Shown piece by piece: positions 30,492 to 42,072 of a DNA stretch of 64,000 nucleotides. This DNA is from an uncultured Methanosarcinaceae archaeon (lineage in GTDB: Archaea > Halobacteriota > Methanosarcinia > Methanosarcinales > Methanosarcinaceae). How positions within the stretch are numbered: the stretch's first letter is position 1; each line of letters begins with the position of its first letter. The notes beneath the pieces were generated by a model. That model had not been told where the DNA came from, did not search any database, and saw only the letters and a list, made by a program, of their open reading frames with translations. The position numbers were made by a program, and so were the translations under genes. The stretch spans positions 432,601 to 496,600 of the forward strand of contig CAVSHT010000005.1 of assembly GCA_963727895.1 (NCBI GenBank), in the 5' to 3' direction.

Positions 30492-31418
30492 ATGAAACGT
30501 AGTGAACTAATCGATTCTTATAAAACAAGGTTGAGTCCCTCAAAATTTATAGAGTCACTCGAAAAAAAGGCTAGTTTCTATGATGAATCCAAGAGTAACT
30601 CAGAAGAAGATCATTCAGAGAAGAATCTCAAAAGTACTCTATACTACAATTCAGAAGAAGATTTTCCTAAAAATTCTAATGTGGCAAGGATTTCCAAAAA
30701 CAAAGATGAGCCTCTTATCAAACTGACCGATGTATGGAAAATTTACCAGATGGGAGAGGTTGAGTTTGCAGCTCTTAAAGGAATAAACCTGGAAATCTAC
30801 GAAGGGGAGTTTCTTGTTGTTCTTGGACCAAGCGGAAGTGGAAAAAGCACGCTCATGAATCTTCTAGGCTGCCTTGATTTGCCTTCAAGAGGTACTGTTT
30901 TCTTGAATTCAAAGGATATATCAGAACTTAATGAATCTGAGCTTGCTAACATAAGGGGACAGATGATAGGATTTATTTTCCAGAGTTTTAACCTAATTCC
31001 AACCTTAAACACCTATGAAAATGTGCTTTTACCTCTGGAATTTCAGGAAGAAAATTCACATAAAGCCCGTAAAAAAGCCTCATATCTACTTGAAATCGTT
31101 GGACTTTCAGAAAAAAAAGAGAACCTTCCTTCTCAACTCTCAGGGGGGCAGAGACAGAGAGTTGCAATAGCTCGTTCTCTTGCTGTGAATCCATCTATAA
31201 TTCTGGCAGATGAGCCTACAGGAAACCTTGACACAAAAACTGGGAACTATATTTTGGATTTTTTAAACGAGCTACATGAAAGAGAAGGAAAGACAATAAT
31301 TATTGTGACTCATGATCTGGACATCATAAAATACGCTACAAGAGTTGTGTACATAAGGGATGGTGAAATCGATAAAATAGAAAAACGAACGAAAATTGAA
31401 TCTGAGGAGTTAAAATGA
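30492..31418 (+). CDS. ABC ATP-binding protein (LolD/MacB type)
   Basis: [35 protein letters not shown]. Confidence 0.92.
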   Translation: MKRSELIDSYKTRLSPSKFIESLEKKASFYDESKSNSEEDHSEKNLKSTLYYNSEEDFPKNSNVARISKNKDEPLIKLTDVWKIYQMGEVEFAALKGINLEIYEGEFLVVLGPSGSGKSTLMNLLGCLDLPSRGTVFLNSKDISELNESELANIRGQMIGFIFQSFNLIPTLNTYENVLLPLEFQEENSHKARKKASYLLEIVGLSEKKENLPSQLSGGQRQRVAIARSLAVNPSIILADEPTGNLDTKTGNYILDFLNELHEREGKTIIIVTHDLDIIKYATRVVYIRDGEIDKIEKRTKIESEELK

Positions 31419-32890
31419 GAAAGTTATCTTTATTAACATTTTTGCTGTTATTTTCAATGTTCATATGCTTAGGAACTGGTACAGCACTCGGTGAATCAAA
31501 TAGTCTGAACTCTTCATCTATGCAGACAAATCTAACTAATCAAAACTTCAATTCTGCCGGAACTGGAACAACAATAAGTGCATCAAATGGGAATATAAAT
31601 TCTGCAGATGTGCAGGTGAGTGTGACTAATCAAAATCCTGATCCTGCTAGGCCTGGAGAACCTGTCGAACTTACTCTCAGCGTGCAGAATATAGGAAACA
31701 ATGATCTCCAAGATATTAGTGTTAAAGTCAACCCTGAATATCCATTCAGCCAAATTTCTGGAGAAGACCTTGAAAAGGATATCTCTTTTCTAAATGCACG
31801 TCAGGAGGATGATGAAGCTGGAGTTCTGAAATTCAGACTTATGACCGATGCAAATGCTTCCGAAGGCACTTATAATCTCGATATTGTCACCACTTATAAA
31901 AGCTCAGGGTCTTCAGAAACTACTTACACCACTACAAAAACAATCCAGGTTCAAGTTCAGGGTAAAGAATACGCTCAGGTTGTGACTGTTAGCAAATCTG
32001 ATATTGACATAGCAAAGGAAGAACCTCTAGAGTTTATTGTTACAAATACAGGAACTTCTCCCTTGAAAAATCTGGTTTTCTCCTGGAATGATCCAAAAGG
32101 CATTATTTTGCCTGTATATTCAGATAACACAAAATACATTAAGTATCTAGATGTCGGCCAATCTGTAAAAGTTGACTATACTGTAATGGCAGACGTAAGT
32201 GCTACTCCCGGACTTTATCCCTTGAATGTAAATCTTTCATATGAAGACAATGAATCCAACGCAAAAATCATTAAGACTACAGCAGGCATTTTTGTAGGAG
32301 GAGCAACGGATTTTGACGTTTCTTTCTCGGAAAGCAGTGCTGGAGAGACTTCTCTCTCAGTAGCAAACGTGGGTAATAACATAGCATATGCTGTAAAAGT
32401 TTCTATTCCCGATCAAGACGGATACCAAGTGTTAGGAAGTCCGTCAACAATTGTGGGAAATTTAGAGAAGGGAGATTATACAATTGCATCTTTTAATATC
32501 ACAAACACATGGGATGGAAATAGTAATTCAGGGACATCACTTGATACTGCAAATAAAAGGTATGCAGCAGGAGATAATGCAAGTTCATCTTCAATGAACT
32601 CAAATCCATTAAAAGTCCAGATTGAATATACAGATGCAAAAGGAGAAAGAATAACAGTTGACAAAGATGTAGTAATCCAGATGTCTGCATCTACGGGATT
32701 TGGCACTGGAGATAGGACAGGGACACGAGGTAACAGGAGCAGTGGTCTCAGTTCAAATCTGCTATATATTTTAGGAATAGTGATTGTAGGTGCAGGAGTT
32801 TTCCTGTATCGCAAACGAAAAAAAGGAGCTAAAAAAGCTGATGGTAAAACATCCTCAGATGACTCCAGTTTAGGAATGTCAAAGTATTGA
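31415..32890 (+). CDS. COG1361 S-layer-domain protein of the ABC operon
   Basis: Signal peptide, QNPDPARPGE Ig-like repeats, C-terminal TM plus basic tail. Confidence 0.85.
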   Translation: MRKLSLLTFLLLFSMFICLGTGTALGESNSLNSSSMQTNLTNQNFNSAGTGTTISASNGNINSADVQVSVTNQNPDPARPGEPVELTLSVQNIGNNDLQDISVKVNPEYPFSQISGEDLEKDISFLNARQEDDEAGVLKFRLMTDANASEGTYNLDIVTTYKSSGSSETTYTTTKTIQVQVQGKEYAQVVTVSKSDIDIAKEEPLEFIVTNTGTSPLKNLVFSWNDPKGIILPVYSDNTKYIKYLDVGQSVKVDYTVMADVSATPGLYPLNVNLSYEDNESNAKIIKTTAGIFVGGATDFDVSFSESSAGETSLSVANVGNNIAYAVKVSIPDQDGYQVLGSPSTIVGNLEKGDYTIASFNITNTWDGNSNSGTSLDTANKRYAAGDNASSSSMNSNPLKVQIEYTDAKGERITVDKDVVIQMSASTGFGTGDRTGTRGNRSSGLSSNLLYILGIVIVGAGVFLYRKRKKGAKKADGKTSSDDSSLGMSKY

Positions 32891-32918
32891 AAAGACAGAA
32901 AAACTGGAGGAATGCTCA

Positions 32919-34157
32919 ATTAGAAATGGAACTTACTCAAAATTGGCTTTGAATATGCTCGTGCACAGCAAACTTAGAAGCTGGCTTACTATCATTGGAA
33001 TCGTAATAGGAGTTGGCGCAGTAGTAGGGATAGTCTCTCTGGGGGATGCTATGCAGGCACAGGTGCAAAGCAGGCTTGCAACCTTAGATTTAGCGCACAT
33101 CACCATCTCACCAGGATATTCAAGAGCTCAAGCAGGAGGGTTTGGTGGATTTAGAAGAGGAACTACTACAAATGATGTTCAGTTGACAGATAAAGATATT
33201 GATGCGCTCCGTGGTATAGCAGATCTAAAATATATTACTGGTGAGATTTCTGGTAGAGTAAACATAAGCTACAACTCAGAAAGTGCTTCTCTTTCCGTTA
33301 CCGGAGTAGATCCACAGGTTTGGAAGTATATGAACACAATCACCCTGGATTCGGGAAGGTTACTTGAACCAGCAGATAATTATGTTGCAGTTATCGGAAG
33401 CGGAGTAGCTACCGGGATTTACAAAAAAAATATTGGAATTAACCAGATTATAAATGTAGATGGAAAGTCCGTAAGAGTTGTTGGAATTTTGGAAGAACAG
33501 GGTGGAGGAGAAGATAATCAGATATATATGCCTATAAATGCCGCGGTAAATTTGATTCCAGATGCAGAAAAAAATGTATATGATACTATTGAAGTAGAAG
33601 CTCAGAGTCCGGCTGTTGTAGATGCAGCAGACAGTGCAATTGTAAAAAAGCTCTTGATTTCCAGGCATGTTAATAAAGCAAGTGATCAGGATTTTACTGT
33701 AACAACCACAGCATCAATGGCCAGTACTGTTACCAGTATGATTGATTCAATGAGACTCTTTTTGGGAGCAATTGCTGCTGTATCGCTTATAGTAGGAGCT
33801 GTAGGAATTGCAAATACTATGTTTACTTCTGTCCTTGAAAAGACTAAAGAAATAGGAACAATGAAAGCTATAGGGGCGAAAAATAAAGATATTCTTATGA
33901 TTTTTTTGTTTAATTCCGCAATGGTAGGTTTTGTTGGAGGTGTTTTTGGAGTGATTTTAGGAGCTCTTCTTTCATCTGTATTTCCAATGATCGGTGTTAC
34001 AATGATGAGAGGAGGAGGCGGGACAAGTATATCACTTTCTCCTAGACTAATGGTTTATGGGCTAGCTCTTGCTGTCTTTATGGGTGTGATCTCTGGAGTA
34101 GTACCCGCATATAGAGCCTCGAAACTTAAGCCTGTGGACGCACTGAGATATGAATAA
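32919..34157 (+). CDS. ABC permease (MacB/FtsX type)
   Basis: RSWLTIIGIVIGVGAVV, GIANTMFTSVLEKTKEIG, PAYRASKLKPVDALRYE; start either ATT 32919 (after GGAGG) or TTG 32943. Confidence 0.92.
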   Translation: MRNGTYSKLALNMLVHSKLRSWLTIIGIVIGVGAVVGIVSLGDAMQAQVQSRLATLDLAHITISPGYSRAQAGGFGGFRRGTTTNDVQLTDKDIDALRGIADLKYITGEISGRVNISYNSESASLSVTGVDPQVWKYMNTITLDSGRLLEPADNYVAVIGSGVATGIYKKNIGINQIINVDGKSVRVVGILEEQGGGEDNQIYMPINAAVNLIPDAEKNVYDTIEVEAQSPAVVDAADSAIVKKLLISRHVNKASDQDFTVTTTASMASTVTSMIDSMRLFLGAIAAVSLIVGAVGIANTMFTSVLEKTKEIGTMKAIGAKNKDILMIFLFNSAMVGFVGGVFGVILGALLSSVFPMIGVTMMRGGGGTSISLSPRLMVYGLALAVFMGVISGVVPAYRASKLKPVDALRYE

Positions 34158-34558
34158 ATGAAATAGAAAAGGAACACTCACGTTCTTAATTTCTGGCTTT
34201 TAGAATATTGAAAGGGAAAAATCAAAACAATTTACCAGTTTGCCCAGGAAATGTCCATACCTGGTAAGAAAAGCTAATATCAAAAGAACAATCAGAAGAA
34301 CATAAGAGAAGGAATTTAACTCGTAGGTAATTTAACTCGTTAGCTTGTAAAGACTCTAAAAATGTAGTACAGATAGCAATAGCTTTGCTATTACTGGAAA
34401 AGAAAATCAAAAATAGAAATTAACACATATTATCGAAGAAAACGTCTATTTTTTGTTTGCCCTACGCATTGAATTATTAGATAAAAGGGCTCATATTTAC
34501 AGAGGCCCGTTTTTGTATCTAATATTTTTTACTTGTTAGCCGGGTTAACCATTACTTC

Positions 34559-34696
34559 TTACTCGGCCTTAATGCGTTTAATGGTTGTAGGACGCTCTTT
34601 GACCAGGATTCTATGTCCACAATACGGACACCTTATACCTGTGTACTCGTAGTCGATTTCCACTTTTTGTTTACATCGAGTGCATTTATAACCCAT
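34559..34696 (-). CDS. rpoP: DNA-directed RNA polymerase subunit P (Rpo12), 45 aa, not in the ORF track
   Basis: [45 protein letters not shown]; canonical position after rpl37ae. Confidence 0.95.
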   Translation of the reverse strand: MGYKCTRCKQKVEIDYEYTGIRCPYCGHRILVKERPTTIKRIKAE

Positions 34697-34716
34697 ACAA
34701 CCACAACCTTAGATAT

Positions 34717-35013
<297 letters not shown>

Positions 35014-35170
35014 TTAAAATGTAAATGCTTAATCCAAAGTCTAAGAACTTGCTGGCTCACGAATAAAGTCCCCTGAGATATCAAATAATCCAGGTTCCGC
35101 TCACCATTTATTACACACGTACTTAGACCGTAATATGGCATTTAATATTTATATTTAATTAATCCCTGAT

Positions 35171-35971
35171 TCATTCTTGCTTTGACAATCCTTCCAGGTA
35201 GAGTTCCCTGATTTCGGTTGCCTTTTCACATGCCATATCGATTGCTTCCAGAACCTCAGTCTCGGTGAAAGGAGCGGAGCCCATTTTCTGCATGCCAGCG
35301 ATAGATCCATCAGAACGTGAGACCACAGTCAATTTTGTCTCACAAACAGCTTCTTCGTCCAGTGAAGGGTCTACCATCAACTTTGACCCAATCTTAATAA
35401 GAGTCACGCCAACAGGCATCTCTTTCATCGCAAGAGGCACATCCATACCAAGTCCTTGCTGCTCGTTCGGGACAACCGTAGTCATAAGGGCTGCAATAGC
35501 AGCGAGACAGGAAGCATCAATAACATTTCCATCGTCGTTAAGGACATGGATATCTATGTAGATAATCCAGACGGATTCTCCAACGGTTATGCAGAGCTTC
35601 TTTATATCAATTGCGCCCGATTCTCTGATACCTCTATCTACAACCCTTGCCATCTCGATTGCTTCTTCTCTGGGTGGGCCTGGTTCAAAATATGGGGAGG
35701 CAATAGCATTGAGTTCCAAATTGGTAATAATTACACCTTCATCCTGGGAATCCGGAAAAGGAGTACCTGGTTGAAGCTTAACCCCTACAAGAACCTGTGT
35801 GTTTCCTAGAGTCACTTTCGCTGAACCCTCAGCTTTAGGGATAATATTAGTTTCTAGCTTTATATCCCTGAAATCTTTAAATCCACGTCCATCCTGACGC
35901 TTTTCCTTAACCATAAGGCTGTAAATGTAGTCCTTCTTAAGCGTAGCAATAACTTCACTCATCGTTTTCAC
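35171..35971 (-). CDS. rrp42: Exosome subunit Rrp42
   Basis: RQDGR, AEGSA, FEPGPP, ARVVDRGIRES RNase PH-like fold. Confidence 0.96.
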   Translation of the reverse strand: MKTMSEVIATLKKDYIYSLMVKEKRQDGRGFKDFRDIKLETNIIPKAEGSAKVTLGNTQVLVGVKLQPGTPFPDSQDEGVIITNLELNAIASPYFEPGPPREEAIEMARVVDRGIRESGAIDIKKLCITVGESVWIIYIDIHVLNDDGNVIDASCLAAIAALMTTVVPNEQQGLGMDVPLAMKEMPVGVTLIKIGSKLMVDPSLDEEAVCETKLTVVSRSDGSIAGMQKMGSAPFTETEVLEAIDMACEKATEIRELYLEGLSKQE

Positions 35972-37457
35972 CTCTGCTTCCCGATTCAGAGGGGTCTTTT
36001 ACTACTTTCCATGGTCCTTCACATTTTTCTTCTTCAGCTTCCTCTTCAGCTTCCTCTTCAGCTTCTACTGTCTGTTCAGTAGGAGCCTCTTTCTTGGATT
36101 CAGTATCAGACTCAACCTCTGGCTCGGATTCTAAAGTCTCTTTTGGAGAAATTATTTCAATCTCTGCTTTTTCTTCTAATTGTACTGTCTCTTCAAGCTG
36201 AGATTCTTCAAGTTTTTCTTCCTGTTCAAAATGCGATTCTTCTTCAACTCCGGCCACTTCTTCAAGCTGAGTTTCTGCTTCAGGCTGAAATTCCTCTTCA
36301 TTACTCTTTTCTAGCTCAGCAAGCTCGATTTCTGCGTCTTCAGAAACGTTCTCTTCAAGTTCAGGTTCCGCATTAGGCTTGGAAACTTCTTCATAAGAAG
36401 CCCCAAGAGTAGCTTCAAATTCAGCTTCGTCTTCAAAAGCTTCTTCTTCAGTTTCGTTTTTAATCTCTGCTTCGACTACTTCTTCTATAGTTTCTTCATC
36501 TACCGCTTCGGCTTCGGCTTCTTTAACAATTTCGTTAAGCTTTTCGCATTCAGGAGCCTCTTCATTGGCGGCACAGGCTTCAACCGTTTCCTCAGAGATT
36601 GCTTCTTCAGACTCTTCAGCTTCTTCTATAACTTCATCTATAGCCGCTGCTTCGGAAGAATATTCAAGAGAAGTTTCGGTTTCTGCAACTTCATTTTCAA
36701 TTTCTGTAGTCTCTTCTTCAGTTTCTTTTTCAGGCTCTTCAACAGGTGTCTCAAACTTCTTTCTAAGGACAGATTGTTGAATTTCAAGAATTACTTTGCA
36801 ACCTTTCATTACAAGTTCGAGGCCTTTTTTAATTTCGTCCGGAGTTAGATGCCCGTCCATTTGAAGCAGGGTAATTTCTCCATCCTGAGTAATTGCAACA
36901 GGAAAATCAGCCTCACCATAATTGTCCTCGTCTTTATTGAGGTCAAGTACTATTTGCCCATCAACTTTTCCGAAAGCACAGGAAGTTACCAGACCTTTCA
37001 TTGGAATACCTGCATCGGCTAAAGCTATACTGGAGGCATTAATTGCTGCTGTCCTTGTTCCAGCGTCGGCCTGAAGCACTTCTACAAAAATATCGATTGC
37101 AGTCTTCGGGAAAAGCTCTGCCATAATTACCGGCTCAAAAGCTTCCCTGGAAACTTTTGAGATTTCAATGCTCCGTCTGCTGGGTCCGGGTCTTGCACGG
37201 TCTTCAGTGGAAAAAGAAGCCATATTATATTTGTAACGAATAACTGCAGTATCTGCGCGCTGTGAACGGCGGGGGTGAACTTCTCTAGGACCAAACACAC
37301 CTACAAGGATCTTATTCCGTCCCCATTCAAGATAACATGAACCGTCGGCTCGCGAAAGTACGCCGATTTCAATTTTCATGGGTCTAATCTCATCCACATG
37401 CCTCCCGTCAAGGCGCAACCCATCATCAGCGATTAATTTTTCGGGTTTATCACTCAT
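35955..37457 (-). CDS. rrp41: Exosome subunit Rrp41 with a long acidic C-terminal tail
   Basis: RLDGR, ADGSCYLE, GPREVHP, PGPSRRSIE, QADAGTR; Glu-rich second half. Confidence 0.96.
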   Translation of the reverse strand: MSDKPEKLIADDGLRLDGRHVDEIRPMKIEIGVLSRADGSCYLEWGRNKILVGVFGPREVHPRRSQRADTAVIRYKYNMASFSTEDRARPGPSRRSIEISKVSREAFEPVIMAELFPKTAIDIFVEVLQADAGTRTAAINASSIALADAGIPMKGLVTSCAFGKVDGQIVLDLNKDEDNYGEADFPVAITQDGEITLLQMDGHLTPDEIKKGLELVMKGCKVILEIQQSVLRKKFETPVEEPEKETEEETTEIENEVAETETSLEYSSEAAAIDEVIEEAEESEEAISEETVEACAANEEAPECEKLNEIVKEAEAEAVDEETIEEVVEAEIKNETEEEAFEDEAEFEATLGASYEEVSKPNAEPELEENVSEDAEIELAELEKSNEEEFQPEAETQLEEVAGVEEESHFEQEEKLEESQLEETVQLEEKAEIEIISPKETLESEPEVESDTESKKEAPTEQTVEAEEEAEEEAEEEKCEGPWKVVKDPSESGSRGENDE

Positions 37458-37529
37458 AATTAAATCTCCAAAACTCCTAAACAACTACTATAAAGAAGCT
37501 TCCCTAAAATTCCTTTAACTTTCCAGAAT

Positions 37530-38312
37530 TCAGTTCTTTGGGTCCAGCAACACATCGATCTTCCTGTATATTTCTTCAGAATGATCTTCTTTCGGCAACT
37601 TTACCTCTTTCTTTCCACTTTTAAAAAACTTAGCGGGCTTGGAATATTTCTGTTTGCTCCGCTCATTTTTCAAAAAGTTATATATTCTATCTGTCAATCC
37701 GGAACGCTGGGCTTCGGCTTCAATCTTCCGGAGAGCCTTACTCAAAAGCTCTATATCTTCATCCCTTCCATCGATCCATATTCTGCCGTTTTGGCCTACG
37801 AAAATGCTGCAGTTTGTCTCTTTTTTCAGCATTGAGATCATGGAACCACCGTGTCCGATCACACGTGGGACTTTTACAGGCTCAACTTCGACAATCTGAC
37901 CTGTTTTAAGTTTATGAAAACTTGAATCCCTTAGGGCAAGCTCTACTTTCATGGAACTGTCTACATCCTTTACTCTAAGGATTATAGAATCGCCCACGTC
38001 TAGAACTGCAGACATCTCCCGGGAATCTATTCTTTTAGGATACTCAGATACATGGAATAAACCATCGTAAGGAGAGGCAATATCCATTATCCAGTTGGAT
38101 GGCGTAACCACAATAACGATCCCAATTATCACATCGTTTACGGAAGGAACATAAACTCCCGCAAGAGGGATCACTCCAACTTTCTCCTCTTTAAGATTTT
38201 CAATACCACAAAATAAAGAATAGATCTTATCGTTCTTGACATAAGTCCCGTATCCGACTTTTTTCGAGTTTTCGGATAACAGGTCACCAGGGATCACTAC
38301 TTTTTTATCCAT
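37530..38312 (-). CDS. rrp4: Exosome RNA-binding cap subunit Rrp4
   Basis: VIPGD, S1 domain, KH motif VPRVIGHGGSMI, GQNGRIW. Confidence 0.96.
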   Translation of the reverse strand: MDKKVVIPGDLLSENSKKVGYGTYVKNDKIYSLFCGIENLKEEKVGVIPLAGVYVPSVNDVIIGIVIVVTPSNWIMDIASPYDGLFHVSEYPKRIDSREMSAVLDVGDSIILRVKDVDSSMKVELALRDSSFHKLKTGQIVEVEPVKVPRVIGHGGSMISMLKKETNCSIFVGQNGRIWIDGRDEDIELLSKALRKIEAEAQRSGLTDRIYNFLKNERSKQKYSKPAKFFKSGKKEVKLPKEDHSEEIYRKIDVLLDPKN

Positions 38313-38323
38313 CCAACGTCCTC

Positions 38324-39017
38324 TTATAAAAGTTTAGTTTGAGCCTCTCCCTTTGTAAGATGATTTATAAGAGCGTAAAAATCAGTCTGGACTCCTGCTG
38401 GAATTCTTATTACTGCAATCCAGGAGCCATCACGCTGCCATTCTTCTTTTGTAATGCTTCCTACTTTAGAAATATCTCCGTATGCTTTGGGAGCATATGT
38501 CGGGAGGAATTCTCACAGCAATATTGACTTCTTCAAAGCGTATAGGAATAAGCGGGCGAATGGCTTTCATAGTAATATTGACCAGCTGATCCACGCTTTT
38601 TAAGGGGTCTATGTGCACCTTTGCTTCTTCCATCGCTTTTTCGATCCGTGCGGGAGGATGCGGTGCTTTTGTCTGGGGATTTATTGCGTTTCTGGAAATG
38701 GTATAGATAACTTTTTTCTTTTTTTCCTCAAGCATACGTTTTCTCTGTTCAGCAGTGAGCTGAAGCTCCCCACTTTTCAGGATCACGGCAGCAATCTTGA
38801 AGGGATCCGTTGTTTCAAAAGCATTGAGAATATCGGACTCTGCTGCTCGGTCCCCTCGGTTTGCGTCTTCGAAGATAGTTTCAACCGCCAGAATATCTTC
38901 AAGGCTTACGTCTTCTCCTCGTTTATAGGCCAGAGCTCCTTCGGGCTCGACTAGGACTTCGAAGTGTTTACTGCCTCTTTTGAGCCGTGCAGTCACTGCC
39001 TCGTCCAGGGACACCAT
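38324..39017 (-). CDS. Ribosome assembly factor SBDS (one frameshift near 38503, probably sequencing error)
   Basis: [22 protein letters not shown]; second frame supplies [21 protein letters not shown] to TAA at 38324. Confidence 0.9.
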
Positions 39018-39051
39018 TTTCAAATACCTTCTCCAACATTATATTGAGAAT

Positions 39052-39144
39052 CCGAAGATTCTCTGATTACTCATTCTCAATATTATGTAGATTTTATTCG
39101 AAGATTCTCTGATTACTCATTCTCAAATATTATATAGATTTTAT
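39052..39144 (+). repeat. About 47-bp tandem duplication between psmA and SBDS
   Basis: CGAAGATTCTCTGATTACTCATTCTCAA(A)TATTAT.TAGATTTTATTC occurs twice. Confidence 0.8.
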
Positions 39145-39890
39145 TCTTTGTTCTCAGTTTCCTTGTGTTTCGCAAGGATCTGTTGAACATAATTCTCAAC
39201 TTCTTCAGGAACTAATTTCCTGAATTTCTTATCCTTAAGTGACACAACGCCCACTTCAAGGGTAGACGCATCGAACTTGCCTTCAGCAGCTCTATAAAGC
39301 GCATCCATACCAAGAAGAATAGCTGCATCAATATTCATATCTTCTCTATATTCCGCTTCAAAAACTTCAACGACAGCATTTCTGCCTGCTCCTATAGCTG
39401 TTGCTTTGTATTCAAGAAGAGCACCGCTAGGATCAGTCTCAAAAAGCCTTGGGAGATTGTCATCAACACCTGCGATCAGAAGTGCAGTACCATATGGGCG
39501 AACCCCACCATACTGAGTATAAGTTTGCTTGTGGTCGCAGATTTTCTTGGAGATAACCTCCACACCTATGGGCTCATCATAAGAAACCCTATTGACCTGC
39601 GCTTCTACACGAGCTCTGTCAACAAGGGAGCGGGCATCTGCGACAAGCCCTGAAGTTGCAGCTCCTATGTGGTCGTCAATTTGGAAAATTTTTTCGATTG
39701 ACTCGGCTTCCACAAGTCTGCTTGTTATTCTTTTGTCAACAAGCAGCACTACCCCATCAGCTGCCTTAATTCCCACAGCTGTTGTTCCCCTCTTTACCGC
39801 TTCGCGGGCATATTCTACTTGAAAAAGTCTACCATCAGGGCTAAAAACTGTAATTGCCCTGTCATAGCCCATTTGTGGTGCCATCTGCAT
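39141..39890 (-). CDS. psmA: 20S proteasome alpha subunit
   Basis: [25 protein letters not shown] signature. Confidence 0.98.
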   Translation of the reverse strand: MQMAPQMGYDRAITVFSPDGRLFQVEYAREAVKRGTTAVGIKAADGVVLLVDKRITSRLVEAESIEKIFQIDDHIGAATSGLVADARSLVDRARVEAQVNRVSYDEPIGVEVISKKICDHKQTYTQYGGVRPYGTALLIAGVDDNLPRLFETDPSGALLEYKATAIGAGRNAVVEVFEAEYREDMNIDAAILLGMDALYRAAEGKFDASTLEVGVVSLKDKKFRKLVPEEVENYVQQILAKHKETENKE

Positions 39891-40536
39891 ATTCCGTATC
39901 TCCCTTAATTTTTATTTTTTTATTTCTTTCATATCCCGGCAAAAAGCCGGTTCTTTTCTAAAGGATCTCTTGCAGGCTCATCAACTAAATTGCTGCCTTG
40001 CCCAAAAAGGCTTTGGTCATTGATCATGAGCTACTGCATGGATATCCCGAAAATTCAGGAGTTTAAAGTCCCCGACCCAGTATTTAGGTAAGGAAAATGA
40101 CTTTTGATTTCCTATAACGTATTTCTTCCTTATTAGAGTTTTTTGCCTTTTGTTCAGAACTTTTAATCCTGAGAAAATTATTCGGAAGAAACCAGCAGAA
40201 ATACCTAAATCACAAAGGATTCAAAGACACTTATACCCCGTAAAGCACGTTTTCCAAGCTGGATTCATGTGCATACGGAAATTCGTTTAATATTTTAAAA
40301 GACTAAGTTCCAATTTTAACTAAGTCCTTTAATAAAGTGTATTTACTTGGTTATAATGCTTGTGAGACCAAGACTTTTCCGGTGCTTAAAACCGGATTTT
40401 GAGATATTTACAGAAAGATCTTATCTACTGTTTTGTTCTATCAGGCTTTTGATATGTTTTTCTATTATTTGACAGGATCTTAACAGTTTATAAATGTTGC
40501 CTGAATCTACTAATTTAACTTTCCCGAACATCGCCA

Positions 40537-40920
40537 TTATTCTTCAGAAGTTTGAACTTTTATCTTGGTTTCAGGTTCAAAGACCTTATGATTCTGAAGA
40601 AATTTTTCGGTTGCTCTTTTAACTGTGCCTGAAGTCCCAAGTACGTGTAAAGTTGCTCTCTTTCCATTAATCCTTGTAAGAGTTGTCAATGAAGCTCTTG
40701 TTTCTTTTACTTTCGTATGAGAACACTGGATAATACCTTTCCAGCCTTCGAAACCTAAAACCCTAATATCACATTTACTGGTAGCAACATCTCCAAGCAA
40801 GGAGGAAGTAGAGAACATGATTTCTTTGATCAGATCACTTCTGCTGACTGATGACTCCGAAATCAACTCAAAGGCTAGATAGCGCTTTTTTGCACGAAGC
40901 GAAGGTAACAAGCGTTTCAA
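40537..40920 (-). CDS. rnp2: RNase P protein Pop5 (component 2)
   Basis: LPSLRAKKRYLAFE, LGTSGTVK. Confidence 0.92.
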   Translation of the reverse strand: MKRLLPSLRAKKRYLAFELISESSVSRSDLIKEIMFSTSSLLGDVATSKCDIRVLGFEGWKGIIQCSHTKVKETRASLTTLTRINGKRATLHVLGTSGTVKRATEKFLQNHKVFEPETKIKVQTSEE

Positions 40921-41636
40921 AGATAATCACCCTCTTCAAGCACCTCGATACCTTCCCTGATATATCCGGGACCATGATGGCTCCTTGAGATAATTCTTTC
41001 GGGTACAATAGTCATGGCTTCAAGGGCTTCGTTTTCTTCAAGTCCGCAAACTTCAGCCAGAGCCAGCGTTTCCATTGGAGACCGAAGATCAAAACATGAC
41101 ATTGCACCGCTTGAAAGAATAATGGAAACATCATACTTTCTGGCAAGATCCAGGTTTGCTTTAAGATCAGATAACAGGCGAACGCGCCTTGGACCTCTTG
41201 AATAAAGAATGGGTCTTAATGTCAAACCAATTGCAACGTCATTTTCAGCTGCGGCTTTTGCAAGCACCTGATTTAACCCACTGCTCTTATCAAAAGCTGG
41301 ATGATTCAGAATATCTACTCTCTGATTTTCCAATGCAGCCCTGTTGATGGTTTCTGAACCGCCGTGTACTATCAGGACATCCACTGATTTTCTGAATTTT
41401 CCAATAAGACCATGAAGTTTTGAAGGGTTTTCTTCCACAAGCTCGATTCCGTTAAAAACCTCAAATCCATTAGTTAGGGATGATACAGGTCGTGATTGAG
41501 GAAGTTTATCAGAATGGTTTGCAATTGCTATCCCGCTATATCCTAAATGCCTGGAAAGGGTAGTAAGTTGCTCAACCGAGTTTTCTCCATCAGGAATTGC
41601 ATGAACGCAAAAATCGTAAAACTTCGGTTTACCCAA
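40917..41636 (-). CDS. rnp3: RNase P protein Rpp30 (component 3)
   Basis: PHP-like fold, VDILNHP, SGAMSCFDLRSP; synteny. Confidence 0.92.
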   Translation of the reverse strand: MGKPKFYDFCVHAIPDGENSVEQLTTLSRHLGYSGIAIANHSDKLPQSRPVSSLTNGFEVFNGIELVEENPSKLHGLIGKFRKSVDVLIVHGGSETINRAALENQRVDILNHPAFDKSSGLNQVLAKAAAENDVAIGLTLRPILYSRGPRRVRLLSDLKANLDLARKYDVSIILSSGAMSCFDLRSPMETLALAEVCGLEENEALEAMTIVPERIISRSHHGPGYIREGIEVLEEGDYL

Positions 41637-42072
41637 ACAATTCCTCCACTATAGCGCCAGCTTTTTCCCGGTTCTTAGGATAGGTTTCGATCTTGACTTT
41701 TGCAGTGATCGCATCCGAGGAATTAGTCAGCTTCACCTGCTGCAGATATGCAGCCTGCTTGTCAAAACGAAGATGGAAAACCTGATCAGAGTCCAACCTT
41801 TCAGGCATTTCTTTTCTTAGCTTTGCTACGTCTTTTTCTGAAAATCTGTCCCTAACAAAGCGGGCAAAATTCAGGCAATCTGCCTTTCTTTTAAGCTGCA
41901 CGCTCAGGATAGTAATGGGATTTCCATGATGCCCTTCAGCCTGAAGCTCTTCAATTAACTTATTCTCTTCTCGAACACTGGCACCGGATAAAAAAAAATC
42001 CAGAGCCTCATGGACTCTGGATACGTCTTCGGTTGCGTGGGAGAGTACACGCAGCGTTATGTGATGAATCAC
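41629..42072 (-). CDS. DUF54 putative RNA-binding protein
   Basis: [21 protein letters not shown]. Confidence 0.9.
   Translation of the reverse strand: MIHHITLRVLSHATEDVSRVHEALDFFLSGASVREENKLIEELQAEGHHGNPITILSVQLKRKADCLNFARFVRDRFSEKDVAKLRKEMPERLDSDQVFHLRFDKQAAYLQQVKLTNSSDAITAKVKIETYPKNREKAGAIVEELFG

Noticed and set aside
39891..40536. Long intergenic region upstream of psmA with small hairpins
   Set aside because: Only short isolated stems; no convincing RNA architecture or ORF.
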